A DNA stretch of 64,000 nt from Enterococcus phage 9183. This document shows, piece by piece, positions 1 through 9,434 of this stretch. A program made the translations under genes and the position numbers. Every line of letters starts with the position of its first letter. Position 1 is the first letter of the stretch. The notes under the pieces were generated by a model. It was not told the DNA's origin. It saw nothing but the letters and a program-made list of their open reading frames with translations, and searched no databases. The DNA lies in sequence record MT939241.1. The stretch is one strand, 5' to 3'.

Positions 1-1
1 G

Positions 2-130
2 GGCACAATGAGAGAGGAAGTTCTTTTTGTCACTGATTATGATTATAATTTGATAGAAATTGATGGAACAGAAATTGAGTTTGAAGATGTTGATGCAGTT
101 GATGAAAATGAAGAAACTGTTTCATTTTAA
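2..130 (+). CDS. hypothetical protein, possibly 5'-truncated at window edge (acidic C-terminus ...EIEFEDVDAVDENEETVSF)
   Basis: Open frame from the window edge to TAA at 128-130. An internal ATG at 8 has no visible RBS. Confidence 0.3.
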   Translation, partial: GTMREEVLFVTDYDYNLIEIDGTEIEFEDVDAVDENEETVSF

Positions 131-142
131 GGAGTGAAATAA

Positions 143-1192
143 GTGGACGCAAGAAAAGTTGTAGGAATGTTGAGTGATAGAGACGTTTTTGATTTAATGG
201 ATGAACTTGATGCTCAACCAATTTCTAAGGGTAATACTTTTGAATGTAGGACAGTTTGCCATGATGGTCATAAACATAAGCTGATTTATTATAAAGATAG
301 TAAGTCATTTTATTGTTACACAAATTGCGGACACTTATCAATTTTTGACATGTTAGGTAAAGCTCTTGATTTGGAATTTATTGATGCATTAAAATATATC
401 GTTAAGAAATATAACTTGCATGACTCTGATCATATTGAAGGATTTACATATGAAAAAGTAGTGAATCCAGGAGCTTTACTTAAACAAAAATTAGAGAAAG
501 TAAAGGCACCAGCTTTCGAAAAATTAGATGAACACTTACTGCTTGACTTTTATCCATATTATCATAAATCATGGATTGATGAAGGTATTTCGATCAGTTC
601 GATGATGAAGTATAATATAAGATATTCAATCGTTGATAATCAAATTATCATTCCACATTATGACGAATATGGAAATTTAATAGGTGTTAGAGGACGTAAT
701 TTAAATAAAGATAAGGTTGATGAAGGTAAAAAATATATGCCAATCTTTTATGAAGGCAAAGTTCTTAAGCATTTAACAGGAGCAAACTTGTATGGCTTGG
801 ATAAAAATAAAGAGATGATTGAAAAACATAAAACGATGATCTTATTCGAGTCAGAAAAAAGCGTTCTTCAATTAGATAGTATGATGCCTGATCATTCAAT
901 AGGAGTTTGTGTATCGGGATCGTCTTTAACACAATATCAATTGGAGCTGATCAAAAAATTACGTATTGATGAAGTAATAATTGGCGTTGATAAAGAATTT
1001 GAAAATATAGGTGATGACAAAGAAAAACGATATGCTGAAAAGATTATTAAAGTATTTCGTAATAAGTTAGCTCCCTATGTTAGAGTAAGCGTGTTATGGG
1101 ACTTGAAAAATGAGCTTAATGAAAAGGATAGTCCAACTGATAGAGGTGTTAAAATCTTTAAAGATTTATATGAAAATAGAATTTATATATAG
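143..1192 (+). CDS. DNA primase (zinc-ribbon + TOPRIM, DnaG-like)
   Basis: GTG start 8 nt after AAGGAG. N-terminal Cys/His cluster (CRTVCHDGHKH...CYTNCGH) and a TOPRIM-like acidic core (LFESEKSVLQLD ... GVDKEF). Confidence 0.75.
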   Translation: MDARKVVGMLSDRDVFDLMDELDAQPISKGNTFECRTVCHDGHKHKLIYYKDSKSFYCYTNCGHLSIFDMLGKALDLEFIDALKYIVKKYNLHDSDHIEGFTYEKVVNPGALLKQKLEKVKAPAFEKLDEHLLLDFYPYYHKSWIDEGISISSMMKYNIRYSIVDNQIIIPHYDEYGNLIGVRGRNLNKDKVDEGKKYMPIFYEGKVLKHLTGANLYGLDKNKEMIEKHKTMILFESEKSVLQLDSMMPDHSIGVCVSGSSLTQYQLELIKKLRIDEVIIGVDKEFENIGDDKEKRYAEKIIKVFRNKLAPYVRVSVLWDLKNELNEKDSPTDRGVKIFKDLYENRIYI

Positions 1193-1203
1193 GGAGAGAT
1201 TTA

Positions 1204-3027
1204 ATGTTTAGTTTTGTAGAGAAAGAAAAATTTGAAGTAAGAAGTAACCATTTCGTCGAAGACATATTAAGTAACGCTGGTATAGAAAGCCCAGAAATGT
1301 TTTTAAACGGTAAACAATACAGTGATGAAATTGAAACGACACCAGAATGCTTATTTGGAATGACGGAAGCTGTCATTATGGTAAAGGATGCTATTAAGAA
1401 TTATCGGAGCATAGGAATTCTTGTTGACGATGATGCCGATGGTATGACTTCGTCTGCAATCATTTATAAGGCATTAAAACATTACAAAGCGAGATATTTA
1501 ACAACGATATTTCACGATCAAAAAGGTCATGGTTTAAGTGGTGAAATTGATAAGATCAAAAAAGGTGATTATGACTTAATTATCGTTCCTGATGCAGGAT
1601 CAAATGATTTTTACGAACATGAAATGCTGCTTAAAGAAGGAAAACAGCTTATCATTCTTGATCACCATGAAATGGATAAACCTGAAAAAATGCTTGACTT
1701 GAAAGAAAAATATAAAGGTAATTATGTTTTAGTAAATAACCAATTGGAATATAATACTGAAACGAATAAGAATTTCGTAGGAGCGGGTATGGCATACAAG
1801 TTCGTTCAAGCTTACGATAATTATGAAGGTGATAACTTTGCGGAGCAAGTATTAGATTTGGTGGCTGTAGGTCAAACAGGGGATGCTTCGGATATCTCCG
1901 ATTATGAAATTCAATATCTTGTTCGTTTAGGATTGGACAACATTAAAAATGGATTATTGAAGGAAGCTCTTAACAGTCGTATTGAAAAAGGGCAAAAATT
2001 GGCACCAGTGAATTTATCGTTTGACATTATTCCCTTCATTAATGCTGTAACACGTGTGGGAACTTTGGAAGAAAAAGAAGAATTGATTAAAGGCTTAATT
2101 GGTCATTATCCAACTGATGGTTTAATTGAAGTTGAAAAACGACGTAAAAATAAAGAAACAGGTAAATTTGAAAAACGCAAAGAGCTTTGGAGCCCATATG
2201 CAATTTTAATGGATAGTCTATCAAAAATCAAAAATCGTCAAAATAAAGAAGTTGATAAAATTTTGAAGCTTATCAAAAATCCATTTTTAGATGGTGTCGT
2301 GATAGCAGAAATCAAGAAAGATGAAATTGCTTATCGTTCAATCACAGGTTTAATTGCGAATAAACTTGTTTCAAAATATAATATGCCTGCTTTAGTCTTA
2401 GTTGAAAATGAAGATGGAACATATAGTGGATCAGCTCGAGGATATGAAAAGAAATTTACTTCATTCCGTCAATGGTGTTTAGACACTGGTAAATTTGATC
2501 TTGCGCAAGGACACGATAATGCGTTTGGTGTTATCATTAAAAATGAGAAATTAGAAGAATTAAAAAAATGGTTAACATGTTATGACTTACATGATGAAAA
2601 TATCGTTTATGAAGTAAATAAACTTTATGAAGGCGAAACCAATTTAGATGAAGTTCGTTTGATCAATGATCATGCTTGGATGTTTGGCGGAAGATTACAA
2701 ACACCAAAATTTGGTTATAAAGATCTAATAATTACGCGTAACTGTGTTTCACAACGTGGTTCAGTCGTAACGTTCTTTAATCAAGGTTTGGAATTTATTA
2801 TGTACAAACAAGAACCTGGTATAATTGATGAATTTATGTCAACAATGGGATTCGAACAAGAGATCGTTGTAAATCTTGTAGGACGTCCTTCTCGTAGTGA
2901 GTGGACTGGAAGAATTAAAGAGCAAATCGTTCTTGATGATTTCTCTATGATGCCACTATCAAAAACGAACGTTCAAAAGAAACAAGAAAAGACTTGGAAA
3001 GACGAAGATGAAGAATTAGAATTTTAA
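1204..3027 (+). CDS. DHH-family phosphoesterase (RecJ-like ssDNA exonuclease)
   Basis: Motifs DDDADGMTS, IVPDAGSND and LDHHE match the DHH phosphoesterase signature. 607 aa. RBS GGGAGAG. Confidence 0.6.
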   Translation: MFSFVEKEKFEVRSNHFVEDILSNAGIESPEMFLNGKQYSDEIETTPECLFGMTEAVIMVKDAIKNYRSIGILVDDDADGMTSSAIIYKALKHYKARYLTTIFHDQKGHGLSGEIDKIKKGDYDLIIVPDAGSNDFYEHEMLLKEGKQLIILDHHEMDKPEKMLDLKEKYKGNYVLVNNQLEYNTETNKNFVGAGMAYKFVQAYDNYEGDNFAEQVLDLVAVGQTGDASDISDYEIQYLVRLGLDNIKNGLLKEALNSRIEKGQKLAPVNLSFDIIPFINAVTRVGTLEEKEELIKGLIGHYPTDGLIEVEKRRKNKETGKFEKRKELWSPYAILMDSLSKIKNRQNKEVDKILKLIKNPFLDGVVIAEIKKDEIAYRSITGLIANKLVSKYNMPALVLVENEDGTYSGSARGYEKKFTSFRQWCLDTGKFDLAQGHDNAFGVIIKNEKLEELKKWLTCYDLHDENIVYEVNKLYEGETNLDEVRLINDHAWMFGGRLQTPKFGYKDLIITRNCVSQRGSVVTFFNQGLEFIMYKQEPGIIDEFMSTMGFEQEIVVNLVGRPSRSEWTGRIKEQIVLDDFSMMPLSKTNVQKKQEKTWKDEDEELEF

Positions 3028-3045
3028 AAAATATGAGAGGATTGG

Positions 3046-3074
3046 TTTACAGTTCTCTCATATCTTAATATAAT
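3046..3074 (+). promoter_or_regulatory. sigma-A-like promoter (TTTACA-N17-TATAAT); -35 lies inside hairpin 3031-3063
   Basis: Hexamers tttaca and tataat with a 17-nt spacer. The downstream leader ataatatataagtaataaataaa is nearly identical to the leader at 18505-18530. Confidence 0.55.
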
Positions 3075-3111
3075 ATATAAGTAATAAATAAAAAGAAAAG
3101 AGGAAATTATT

Positions 3112-3687
3112 ATGGTAAAAGTAAAATATTCAAAATATGATGTATATGATTTTTTAACGGAGAAAAGAAACGCAACATTAAAAGCAAAACTTGAGCCTAT
3201 AAACAATCTTAAAGAAGAGATGCGCGAACAAATTAAACATGCACGTTTAACAGGTATTGACTTAAATGATTTTCATGAAAAAATTAATGATCTTCTTAAG
3301 GTGACTGTTGAATTGCAATCACGTATGAATTATTCATATGGAGAATTATATCGTTTAAATTCCGCCTTAGATGATTTATGTACGAAAGAAAATATTGATA
3401 ATGCAATTGATTATCAAATTGACTATAAAGATAATGTAGACTATGATCGTTTACTTGATGAAGCAAGTAACCTACGAAGAGAAATTAATGATGAATTTGA
3501 TAAATTAGAAAAAATGGTTAAAGCATGTTCTGATGGTGCACAAGCTGTTCGTAACTTAAAAAATATTGGGTTTGATGTTTCTTCAATTCCTACGACAAAA
3601 ACAAGAGAAATGATGATCATTGATGCTTCAAATGTAAACACTGATCTTTTAGGTTTACCTGAGGAGAATACAAGTGAAAAATCTTAA
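3112..3687 (+). CDS. hypothetical protein (coiled-coil)
   Basis: 191-aa ORF with RBS AGAGGAAA. Coding-like composition. Confidence 0.55.
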   Translation: MVKVKYSKYDVYDFLTEKRNATLKAKLEPINNLKEEMREQIKHARLTGIDLNDFHEKINDLLKVTVELQSRMNYSYGELYRLNSALDDLCTKENIDNAIDYQIDYKDNVDYDRLLDEASNLRREINDEFDKLEKMVKACSDGAQAVRNLKNIGFDVSSIPTTKTREMMIIDASNVNTDLLGLPEENTSEKS

Positions 3688-3769
3688 GTATATTATTATT
3701 AGTATTATTATGTTATTAATAGTGCTTGCAGCCTATTTAATAACGACAATTTTACAAAAGTATATTTAA
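3674..3769 (+). CDS. small hydrophobic protein (31 aa, single TM)
   Basis: GTG start after GAGGAG. Sequence MKNLKYIIISIIMLLIVLAAYLITTILQKYI. Not in the ORF track because it is under 60 aa. Confidence 0.3.
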   Translation: MKNLKYIIISIIMLLIVLAAYLITTILQKYI

Positions 3770-3859
3770 CAAGAATTATGCAGTATATTATTAGGCTCGT
3801 TGATGATGATACTTATTTTTATATTGCTTATATGTATAGAATAATAAATGTAAACATGA

Positions 3860-4054
3860 TTGGAGGAAAAATCATTGAGTTTAAAGAATAAGATAGGTCT
3901 TGCTATCATTGCAATTATCGTCACAATTTACCTAATCTTTGCTTTTGCATATGTTTATATTTCAATTGGATTAGTACCATTTTTGTTTACAATTGTTGTG
4001 TGTTTATTATTGGTGATAGGTGGAATACTTTTAACATCGGAGGATGACAAATGA
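3860..4054 (+). CDS. small membrane protein (2 TM)
   Basis: Hydrophobic 64-aa ORF. The true start is probably TTG at about 3879, after GGAGG. Confidence 0.45.
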   Translation: MEEKSLSLKNKIGLAIIAIIVTIYLIFAFAYVYISIGLVPFLFTIVVCLLLVIGGILLTSEDDK

Positions 4055-4389
4055 ATAAAGATCAAATTTTAGAAGAAATTGAAGGTCTCCTAATAGTAGG
4101 AGAAATTGGTAAAGACAGTCAGGTTTGGTTTGAAGATGAAAAAGATGTTTTTCCAGTAGTTTCAATGGAAATTGATGAAGATAATGATTTAATCATTAAT
4201 GTTGAAGATTATGAACAAGGAGCAAATATCACAAGTTTTCATAATAATTTTGATAAGATGACGAGCGAACGCGGTGTAAATGAAGTATATGTTTACGTCA
4301 AAGAGGAGGATGAATTTTATCACATTGACGAAGTTTTTGGAGATGATGACAACGATCTTATCTTACTGTCAAAAGAAGGAGAAGTTTAA
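4051..4389 (+). CDS. hypothetical acidic protein
   Basis: 112-aa ORF, rich in D and E. Confidence 0.5.
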   Translation: MNKDQILEEIEGLLIVGEIGKDSQVWFEDEKDVFPVVSMEIDEDNDLIINVEDYEQGANITSFHNNFDKMTSERGVNEVYVYVKEEDEFYHIDEVFGDDDNDLILLSKEGEV

Positions 4390-4390
4390 T

Positions 4391-4906
4391 GTGGTGTGGT
4401 ATGATTTTGAAAGAGTAGGATCAAGAGCAATACTTGATGAAAGTAAATTTCGTCACCCGATTTATAATAGAACATTCATTGATGATGATTGTGAAAAAAT
4501 TATTGATCATGTTGATGTCTATCGTGAAAGAGAAAAAATTCATATAATTCAAAAAGATTTACAGGAACAAAGTAAAAATATAAAATTCATTTATGATTGT
4601 CGTGATGAAACATATTATGTCATTAGGTATGATTTTGAAAATCCTAAAAACACTTTTTATTGTCCAATTAAAGCTTTCTTCATTGAAGAAGAAATTATTG
4701 ATCGAGGCTTCACAAGAAATTATCAAACAGCACAACGAGGCTGTTTCATGCTTCTTGGTTATCATGAGGAAAATGAAGACATAGGATTAACGTCAATTTC
4801 ATGCGTTAAAATAATAGAACATAATAAGAAAATATATTCTTTCGTTGATCAATATGACAATGAAAATCGTATTTACGAATTTAATTATAAAGAAGAAATT
4901 TTATGA
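4391..4906 (+). CDS. hypothetical protein
   Basis: Track ORF 4280-4906 overlaps the upstream gene. The likely start is GTG at about 4391, 9 nt after GAAGGAG. Confidence 0.45.
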   Translation: MVWYDFERVGSRAILDESKFRHPIYNRTFIDDDCEKIIDHVDVYREREKIHIIQKDLQEQSKNIKFIYDCRDETYYVIRYDFENPKNTFYCPIKAFFIEEEIIDRGFTRNYQTAQRGCFMLLGYHEENEDIGLTSISCVKIIEHNKKIYSFVDQYDNENRIYEFNYKEEIL

Positions 4907-5099
4907 AGAAGTGCTCAAAGTTTATTTACTTTGAGCGCTTTTTATGATAAAATTAATTTATCAAATAAATATAGAAAGGAAATACATTATGAAAGACGAT
5001 AAGTATTTCTTTGAACTTCTTCGTAATATAGAACTTGAAGAAATTAAGTCCATTATCGAAAATAATGGAAAAATAATTGGTAAAAGCTTATAAAAATTG

Positions 5100-5128
5100 T
5101 TTACATTTTCTTCATTGCCAGTTATAAT
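5100..5128 (+). promoter_or_regulatory. promoter (TTTACA-N17-TATAAT) with conserved leader atatatataatcaataaacaaa (copy A)
   Basis: About 60 nt nearly identical to 29835-29900. The leader is shared with 60601-60640. Confidence 0.55.
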
Positions 5129-5164
5129 ATATATATAATCAATAAACAAACAATAAAGGAGATT

Positions 5165-5401
5165 ATGAAAATGAAAGAAAAATTATTTGAACTATATGAA
5201 GAAATCACAGGAATGAAAAATAATAATGTACACATTAGTCAACGTGCTATTCATTTCAACGGAAGATTAAACGCAATTGAAAATGAAATTAAAGAAAAAC
5301 ATAGTTTAGGTATTTTAAACGATAAAGAAATTAAAGATCTAAATGGTTTAATTAAAGGACTCTGTGAAGTTTGTTCACAAGAATATTCATACAACAAATA
5401 A
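5165..5401 (+). CDS. hypothetical protein
   Basis: 78-aa ORF with RBS AAGGAG, immediately downstream of the promoter. Confidence 0.55.
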   Translation: MKMKEKLFELYEEITGMKNNNVHISQRAIHFNGRLNAIENEIKEKHSLGILNDKEIKDLNGLIKGLCEVCSQEYSYNK

Positions 5402-5425
5402 AAAAATATATTGGAGGAAATTAAA

Positions 5426-5569
5426 ATGAAAAAATATCAAACTAAAGAACAAGAAATGTTAAACAAGGTGAAAACTGTATCAAAATTGGAGAGTTTATCT
5501 CCAAAAGAAAAGGTTGCTATCATGAAATTTTATGAAAATAAACATTTAAACATGACAACCAATTTTTAA
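5426..5569 (+). CDS. small hypothetical protein (47 aa)
   Basis: Start is GGAGGAAATTAAAATG. Followed by the terminator hairpin at 5581-5610. Confidence 0.4.
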   Translation: MKKYQTKEQEMLNKVKTVSKLESLSPKEKVAIMKFYENKHLNMTTNF

Positions 5570-5580
5570 TCGTTTTTATT

Positions 5581-5610
5581 AAGGTACTCAATTGAGTACC
5601 TTATTTTTTT
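5581..5610 (+). terminator. intrinsic terminator
   Basis: Hairpin aaggtactcaattgagtacctt followed by a T8 run. Confidence 0.7.
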
Positions 5611-5643
5611 TACATAAATAAACGAAATAAAGCTCCTAATATG

Positions 5644-5672
5644 TTTACAATGTCGACTTAGCTTGATATAAT
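5644..5672 (+). promoter_or_regulatory. promoter TTTACA-N17-TGATATAAT
   Basis: Extended -10 TGnTATAAT with a 17-nt spacer to tttaca. RBS AAGGAGG follows. Confidence 0.6.
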
Positions 5673-5702
5673 ATGATCGTAAATAAATAAAGGAGGAAAC
5701 AA

Positions 5703-6221
5703 ATGAGTATTAATATTGTTTTAGATGGTCCTAAAGCATGTGGAAAAAGCACAATTGCGAATATGATCATTAATGAATTAGGAAATTGGAAATATATTCA
5801 TTCGGATTCACAAACGAAAAATGATTTAGAATATCATTTAGATCTTTTAAATCAAGGTGAAAATACGGTATTAGATCGTTTTTCATTCGGTGAGGTAATT
5901 TATTCGAAAGTATATGATCGTAAATGTAAACTTACGCCTAGTGAATTTTTGAAGACAGTGACTAGAGAAAATACGATTTACGTCGTTCTTTACTCAAGCT
6001 CAATGATTCTTTTAGAAGAAAGAATAGTAAGGCGTGGAAGAAAAACTGAAGACGAAGAATTAAGTCTCGTTTCGTCTAGCAACAGTTTATTCATTAGGTG
6101 TGCTACTTGGATGCAAGATCAACCTTACTCAGTAAGAAAAAGATACTTAACTTTTGACGTAGCAAAATACACCGCTGAAGAAATCTTTGAAAAGATAAAA
6201 GAAAAAATGGAGGAATTTTAA
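5703..6221 (+). CDS. deoxynucleoside monophosphate kinase (P-loop NMP kinase)
   Basis: Walker A motif GPKACGKST. 172 aa. Sits in the nucleotide-metabolism cluster. Confidence 0.55.
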   Translation: MSINIVLDGPKACGKSTIANMIINELGNWKYIHSDSQTKNDLEYHLDLLNQGENTVLDRFSFGEVIYSKVYDRKCKLTPSEFLKTVTRENTIYVVLYSSSMILLEERIVRRGRKTEDEELSLVSSSNSLFIRCATWMQDQPYSVRKRYLTFDVAKYTAEEIFEKIKEKMEEF

Positions 6222-7055
6222 ATGCAATCATTTGATAATTTAAATGCAGCTTGGGCATGGTTCGCAACAAAAGCTTTAACAGGAAAAAGAGTTGCGGGCA
6301 CAACCGAATTAAATAATGTATCTTTCACGCTTGAAAATATTAATGAAAATTTACTTACAATTCGTGAAAACTTTTCATTATCATATTATTTAGGAGAAGG
6401 AATTTGGTATGGAGCAGGCTCAAATTCTATGGAGTTCATTTCAAGATTTGGAAAAATTTGGGAAAAATTAAGTGATGATGGTGTTACAAATGAAAGTGCC
6501 TATGGATATATTCTAAAGAAAAAATATGGCTTTGATCAAATTGAAAAAATGGTTGAACTTTTAAGTAAAGATCCAAACAGTCGTCGCGCAGTGATGAACA
6601 TTAATTTCGCTCGTAAAAATGTAATTGAAACGAATGATGAACAATGCACTATTGCTTTGCAGCTTTTGCTTCGTGATGGTGAGTTAAATATGACAGGAAT
6701 TATGCGTTCAAATGATTTATGGACGGGAACACCGTATGATATTTTCTACTTCACGGAAATTCAAAAATATATCGCTAATCGTTTAGGTGTTCAATATGGA
6801 ACTTATACTCATTTCGTTACTTCATTGCATATTTATGATCGTGATAAAACGAAAGTAAGTAAATCGATTTTGAATTACTTAAATGATGAAAAAGTTGATG
6901 TTACTATTGATGGTCAACTTTTATTAGAAAGCGCACCTGACTTATATAAGATAATAGGTAAGATTATAGATCCTAAAGAAGCCAAGAAAAAAGCAATTGA
7001 ATTAGCAAAAATAAGAAATATCGTTGGAGGTAAAGACATTGAAAATCAAAATTAA
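6222..7055 (+). CDS. thymidylate-synthase-family pyrimidine C5 hydroxymethylase/methylase, likely dCMP-specific
   Basis: ThyA core aligns well by eye: DPNSRRAV, catalytic Cys in EQCTIALQLLL, MRSNDLWTGTPYDIFYF against E. coli QRSCDVFLGLPFNIASY, and HIYDRD against HLYSNH. The Asn177-equivalent is Asp (PYD versus PFN). Confidence 0.6.
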   Translation: MQSFDNLNAAWAWFATKALTGKRVAGTTELNNVSFTLENINENLLTIRENFSLSYYLGEGIWYGAGSNSMEFISRFGKIWEKLSDDGVTNESAYGYILKKKYGFDQIEKMVELLSKDPNSRRAVMNINFARKNVIETNDEQCTIALQLLLRDGELNMTGIMRSNDLWTGTPYDIFYFTEIQKYIANRLGVQYGTYTHFVTSLHIYDRDKTKVSKSILNYLNDEKVDVTIDGQLLLESAPDLYKIIGKIIDPKEAKKKAIELAKIRNIVGGKDIENQN

Positions 7056-7455
7056 AATGTTTGAGGATGATCCATTATTTAAACCAAAAAGAGCACATTA
7101 CAATGATGCAGGAGCTGATGTTCGATCAACTGTAGATGCTGTTATCTTACCAGGTCAAACTGTAAAAATTCCATTAGGATTTGGATTGGAATTACCCGAT
7201 GGTTACATGGGTGTAATGATGAGTCGATCAGGCCTCGCCTCTAAAGGTCTTGTTTCACAAAATGCTCCTGTTGACTCAGGTTATAAAGGTCAAGTACACG
7301 CTATCTTGACAAATACGACAAATTTATCTATTACAATCGATCGCTTTACTCGTGTTGCACAATTAGTGATCGTTCCAATTATGGTGGCAGATTTCGTTGA
7401 AGAATTTGGAAATGAAAGAACTTCCGACGGTTTTGGAAGCACAGGTATTAAATAA
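7037..7455 (+). CDS. dUTPase-family dNTP pyrophosphatase (trimeric dUTPase fold; dUTP and/or dCTP specific)
   Basis: Motifs AGADV, VDSGYKGQV and the C-terminal RTSDGFGSTG. TTG start at 7037 after GGAGGT is preferred over the track ATG at 7024. Confidence 0.7.
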
Positions 7456-7799
7456 TGATACTTGTCTTTGATTTAGATGGAACGATTTGTGAGGAGAAAC
7501 CGAAAGGTACTCCTTACGCCGCTTATGCGGACGTTCAACCAAAAAGAAAAATGATTGAAAAGATTAAAGAATATCATGATGCAGGTCATAAAATCATTAT
7601 TTATACTGCTCGTCATATGGTTTCTACCAATGGTGATTTAAAAATGATTGAGGAACGTGTTGGTAAAATCACTCGCAATTGGTTAGAAAAAAATAATGTT
7701 CCTTATGATGAATTAATTTTTGGTAAACCATATGGGGATATGTACATTGATGATAAAGCAATGCAGCTTGATCAATTCTTATTGGAGGAAATGCTATGA
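7455..7799 (+). CDS. small HAD-superfamily phosphatase (capless)
   Basis: DLDGTI (motif I), YTAR (motif II), GDMYIDDK (motif IV). 114 aa. Confidence 0.5.
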   Translation: MILVFDLDGTICEEKPKGTPYAAYADVQPKRKMIEKIKEYHDAGHKIIIYTARHMVSTNGDLKMIEERVGKITRNWLEKNNVPYDELIFGKPYGDMYIDDKAMQLDQFLLEEML

Positions 7800-9430
7800 T
7801 TAATAATATCGCTCTTATTCCTGCAGCAGGTAGAGGAACGCGGATGAAATCAGTCACGGATAAATATCCAAAGGCAATGATTCCACATTTAGGAAAACCA
7901 ATTATAGGCCACCAAATTGAATATTTGATAAAAGAAGGCTTTGATAAGGTAGTTATCGTTGTAGGTTATCAGAAAGACATTCTAATGCAATACGTGATTA
8001 AAAATTATGCGGATAAAATTCGTATTTTATTCGCAAATCAAGACGAATTAGATGGACTTGCGACAGCGATTCTTGAAGGAATCAACGCCTTAAACGAAAA
8101 AGACTTATTATTATCAAATCTCACAATTATTCTAGGAGACATTTTACCTCAAGAAGAAATGCCTTATTTTAATGGAGAAAGTTTCATTTGCTATAAAGAG
8201 GTTGATGACTGGCAACGTTGGTGCATGGTTAAAGAACTTTATTCAGGTCGTTTATGTTTTTATGATAAACCAATTGATAAGCCAAACACCAATAAAGCTT
8301 TAATGGGAATTTACATGTTTAATGATATCGATCTATTAAAAGAAAGCATCGAACATATCAAAGAAAAAAATATTCGAATCAATGGGGAATTTCAATTAAG
8401 CTCTGCAATGAATATCTATAATGAACATGTTAACATTAATTTGAAAAAATATGAAAAATTCATTGACTTCGGTCAAGCTGAAGACATTAGTGCCGCAAGA
8501 AAAAATGCTGCTCGTTACTTCAATGATATTTTAATTGAAGATGAGGTAGTAACAAAAAGAAGCACTGATAAAAGTAAAATGTACGACGAATCAATGTGGT
8601 ACCAATTAGCCAAAAATTACTTAGGTGATTATTTACCTGAATGTTATGGCATGACAAAAGAAAATGATGGATATAAAATGAGTCGCATTAAGCTGCCTTC
8701 TCTCCAAGAACAATTCGTCTTTGGAACATTAAGTAGAGTAGAAGCTTACCAATTGATGATTGACTTAATGAATTATTTCAAAGACACGAAAAAATACGGG
8801 ACTAAGCGCCCAAATTTGATTAAAGCAAATCAAGATATGTTTATTAATAAGACAAGAGAACGTATTGAAAAAATCAAAAATATGTTCGATGAAAAATATT
8901 ATGTAATTAATGGAGAAATTAAAGAAAATCCAATTTTTATATTTGAAGAAAAAATCGTTCCTCGTTTAGAGGAAATTATTGCCGATGATAATTATGCCGC
9001 AATGATTCACGGTGATTTATTCTTTGGAAATATGATGTACGATCCAAAAGGAGAAGATGGGCAACGTTTGAAAATCATTGATCCTCGTGGCAAATATGGA
9101 GAAGATAATCGTCTTATGGGTGATATGCGATATGATTATGCTAAATTAAATCATTCAATTTCAGGATATTATGATTTCATTATTAATGGGCTTTATTATT
9201 TGGAAGATAATGGAACTGTGATCAATTATAACTTTTACGATAGTGAAAAGCAGGTAGAAGTACAAGGTTTATTTGAAGATTTACTTTCATTGTCTCATAT
9301 GAAAAAGAAAGATATTGATATGATCACGGGTATCTTGTTCCTATCGATGATTCCGCTTCACAAAGAGAATAAAAATAATCAAATCATTCAATTTGCACAA
9401 GCAATTAAATTTTTAGAATTAGGAGCATGA
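7796..9430 (+). CDS. bifunctional protein: N-terminal sugar/phospho-alcohol nucleotidyltransferase fused to C-terminal APH/choline-kinase-like kinase
   Basis: N-terminus IPAAGRGTRM...KAMIP...GKPII matches the NTP-transferase signature. The C-terminus has the Brenner motif HGDLFFGNMMYD followed by IIDPRGKYGED. 544 aa. Confidence 0.55.
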   Translation: MINNIALIPAAGRGTRMKSVTDKYPKAMIPHLGKPIIGHQIEYLIKEGFDKVVIVVGYQKDILMQYVIKNYADKIRILFANQDELDGLATAILEGINALNEKDLLLSNLTIILGDILPQEEMPYFNGESFICYKEVDDWQRWCMVKELYSGRLCFYDKPIDKPNTNKALMGIYMFNDIDLLKESIEHIKEKNIRINGEFQLSSAMNIYNEHVNINLKKYEKFIDFGQAEDISAARKNAARYFNDILIEDEVVTKRSTDKSKMYDESMWYQLAKNYLGDYLPECYGMTKENDGYKMSRIKLPSLQEQFVFGTLSRVEAYQLMIDLMNYFKDTKKYGTKRPNLIKANQDMFINKTRERIEKIKNMFDEKYYVINGEIKENPIFIFEEKIVPRLEEIIADDNYAAMIHGDLFFGNMMYDPKGEDGQRLKIIDPRGKYGEDNRLMGDMRYDYAKLNHSISGYYDFIINGLYYLEDNGTVINYNFYDSEKQVEVQGLFEDLLSLSHMKKKDIDMITGILFLSMIPLHKENKNNQIIQFAQAIKFLELGA

Positions 9431-9434
9431 TAAA

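Noticed and set aside
7024-7036. Track start ATG at 7024 for the dUTPase
   Set aside because: That ATG overlaps the upstream stop and lacks an RBS. TTG at 7037 lies 7 nt after GGAGGT and gives MKIKIKMFED..., which is more plausible.
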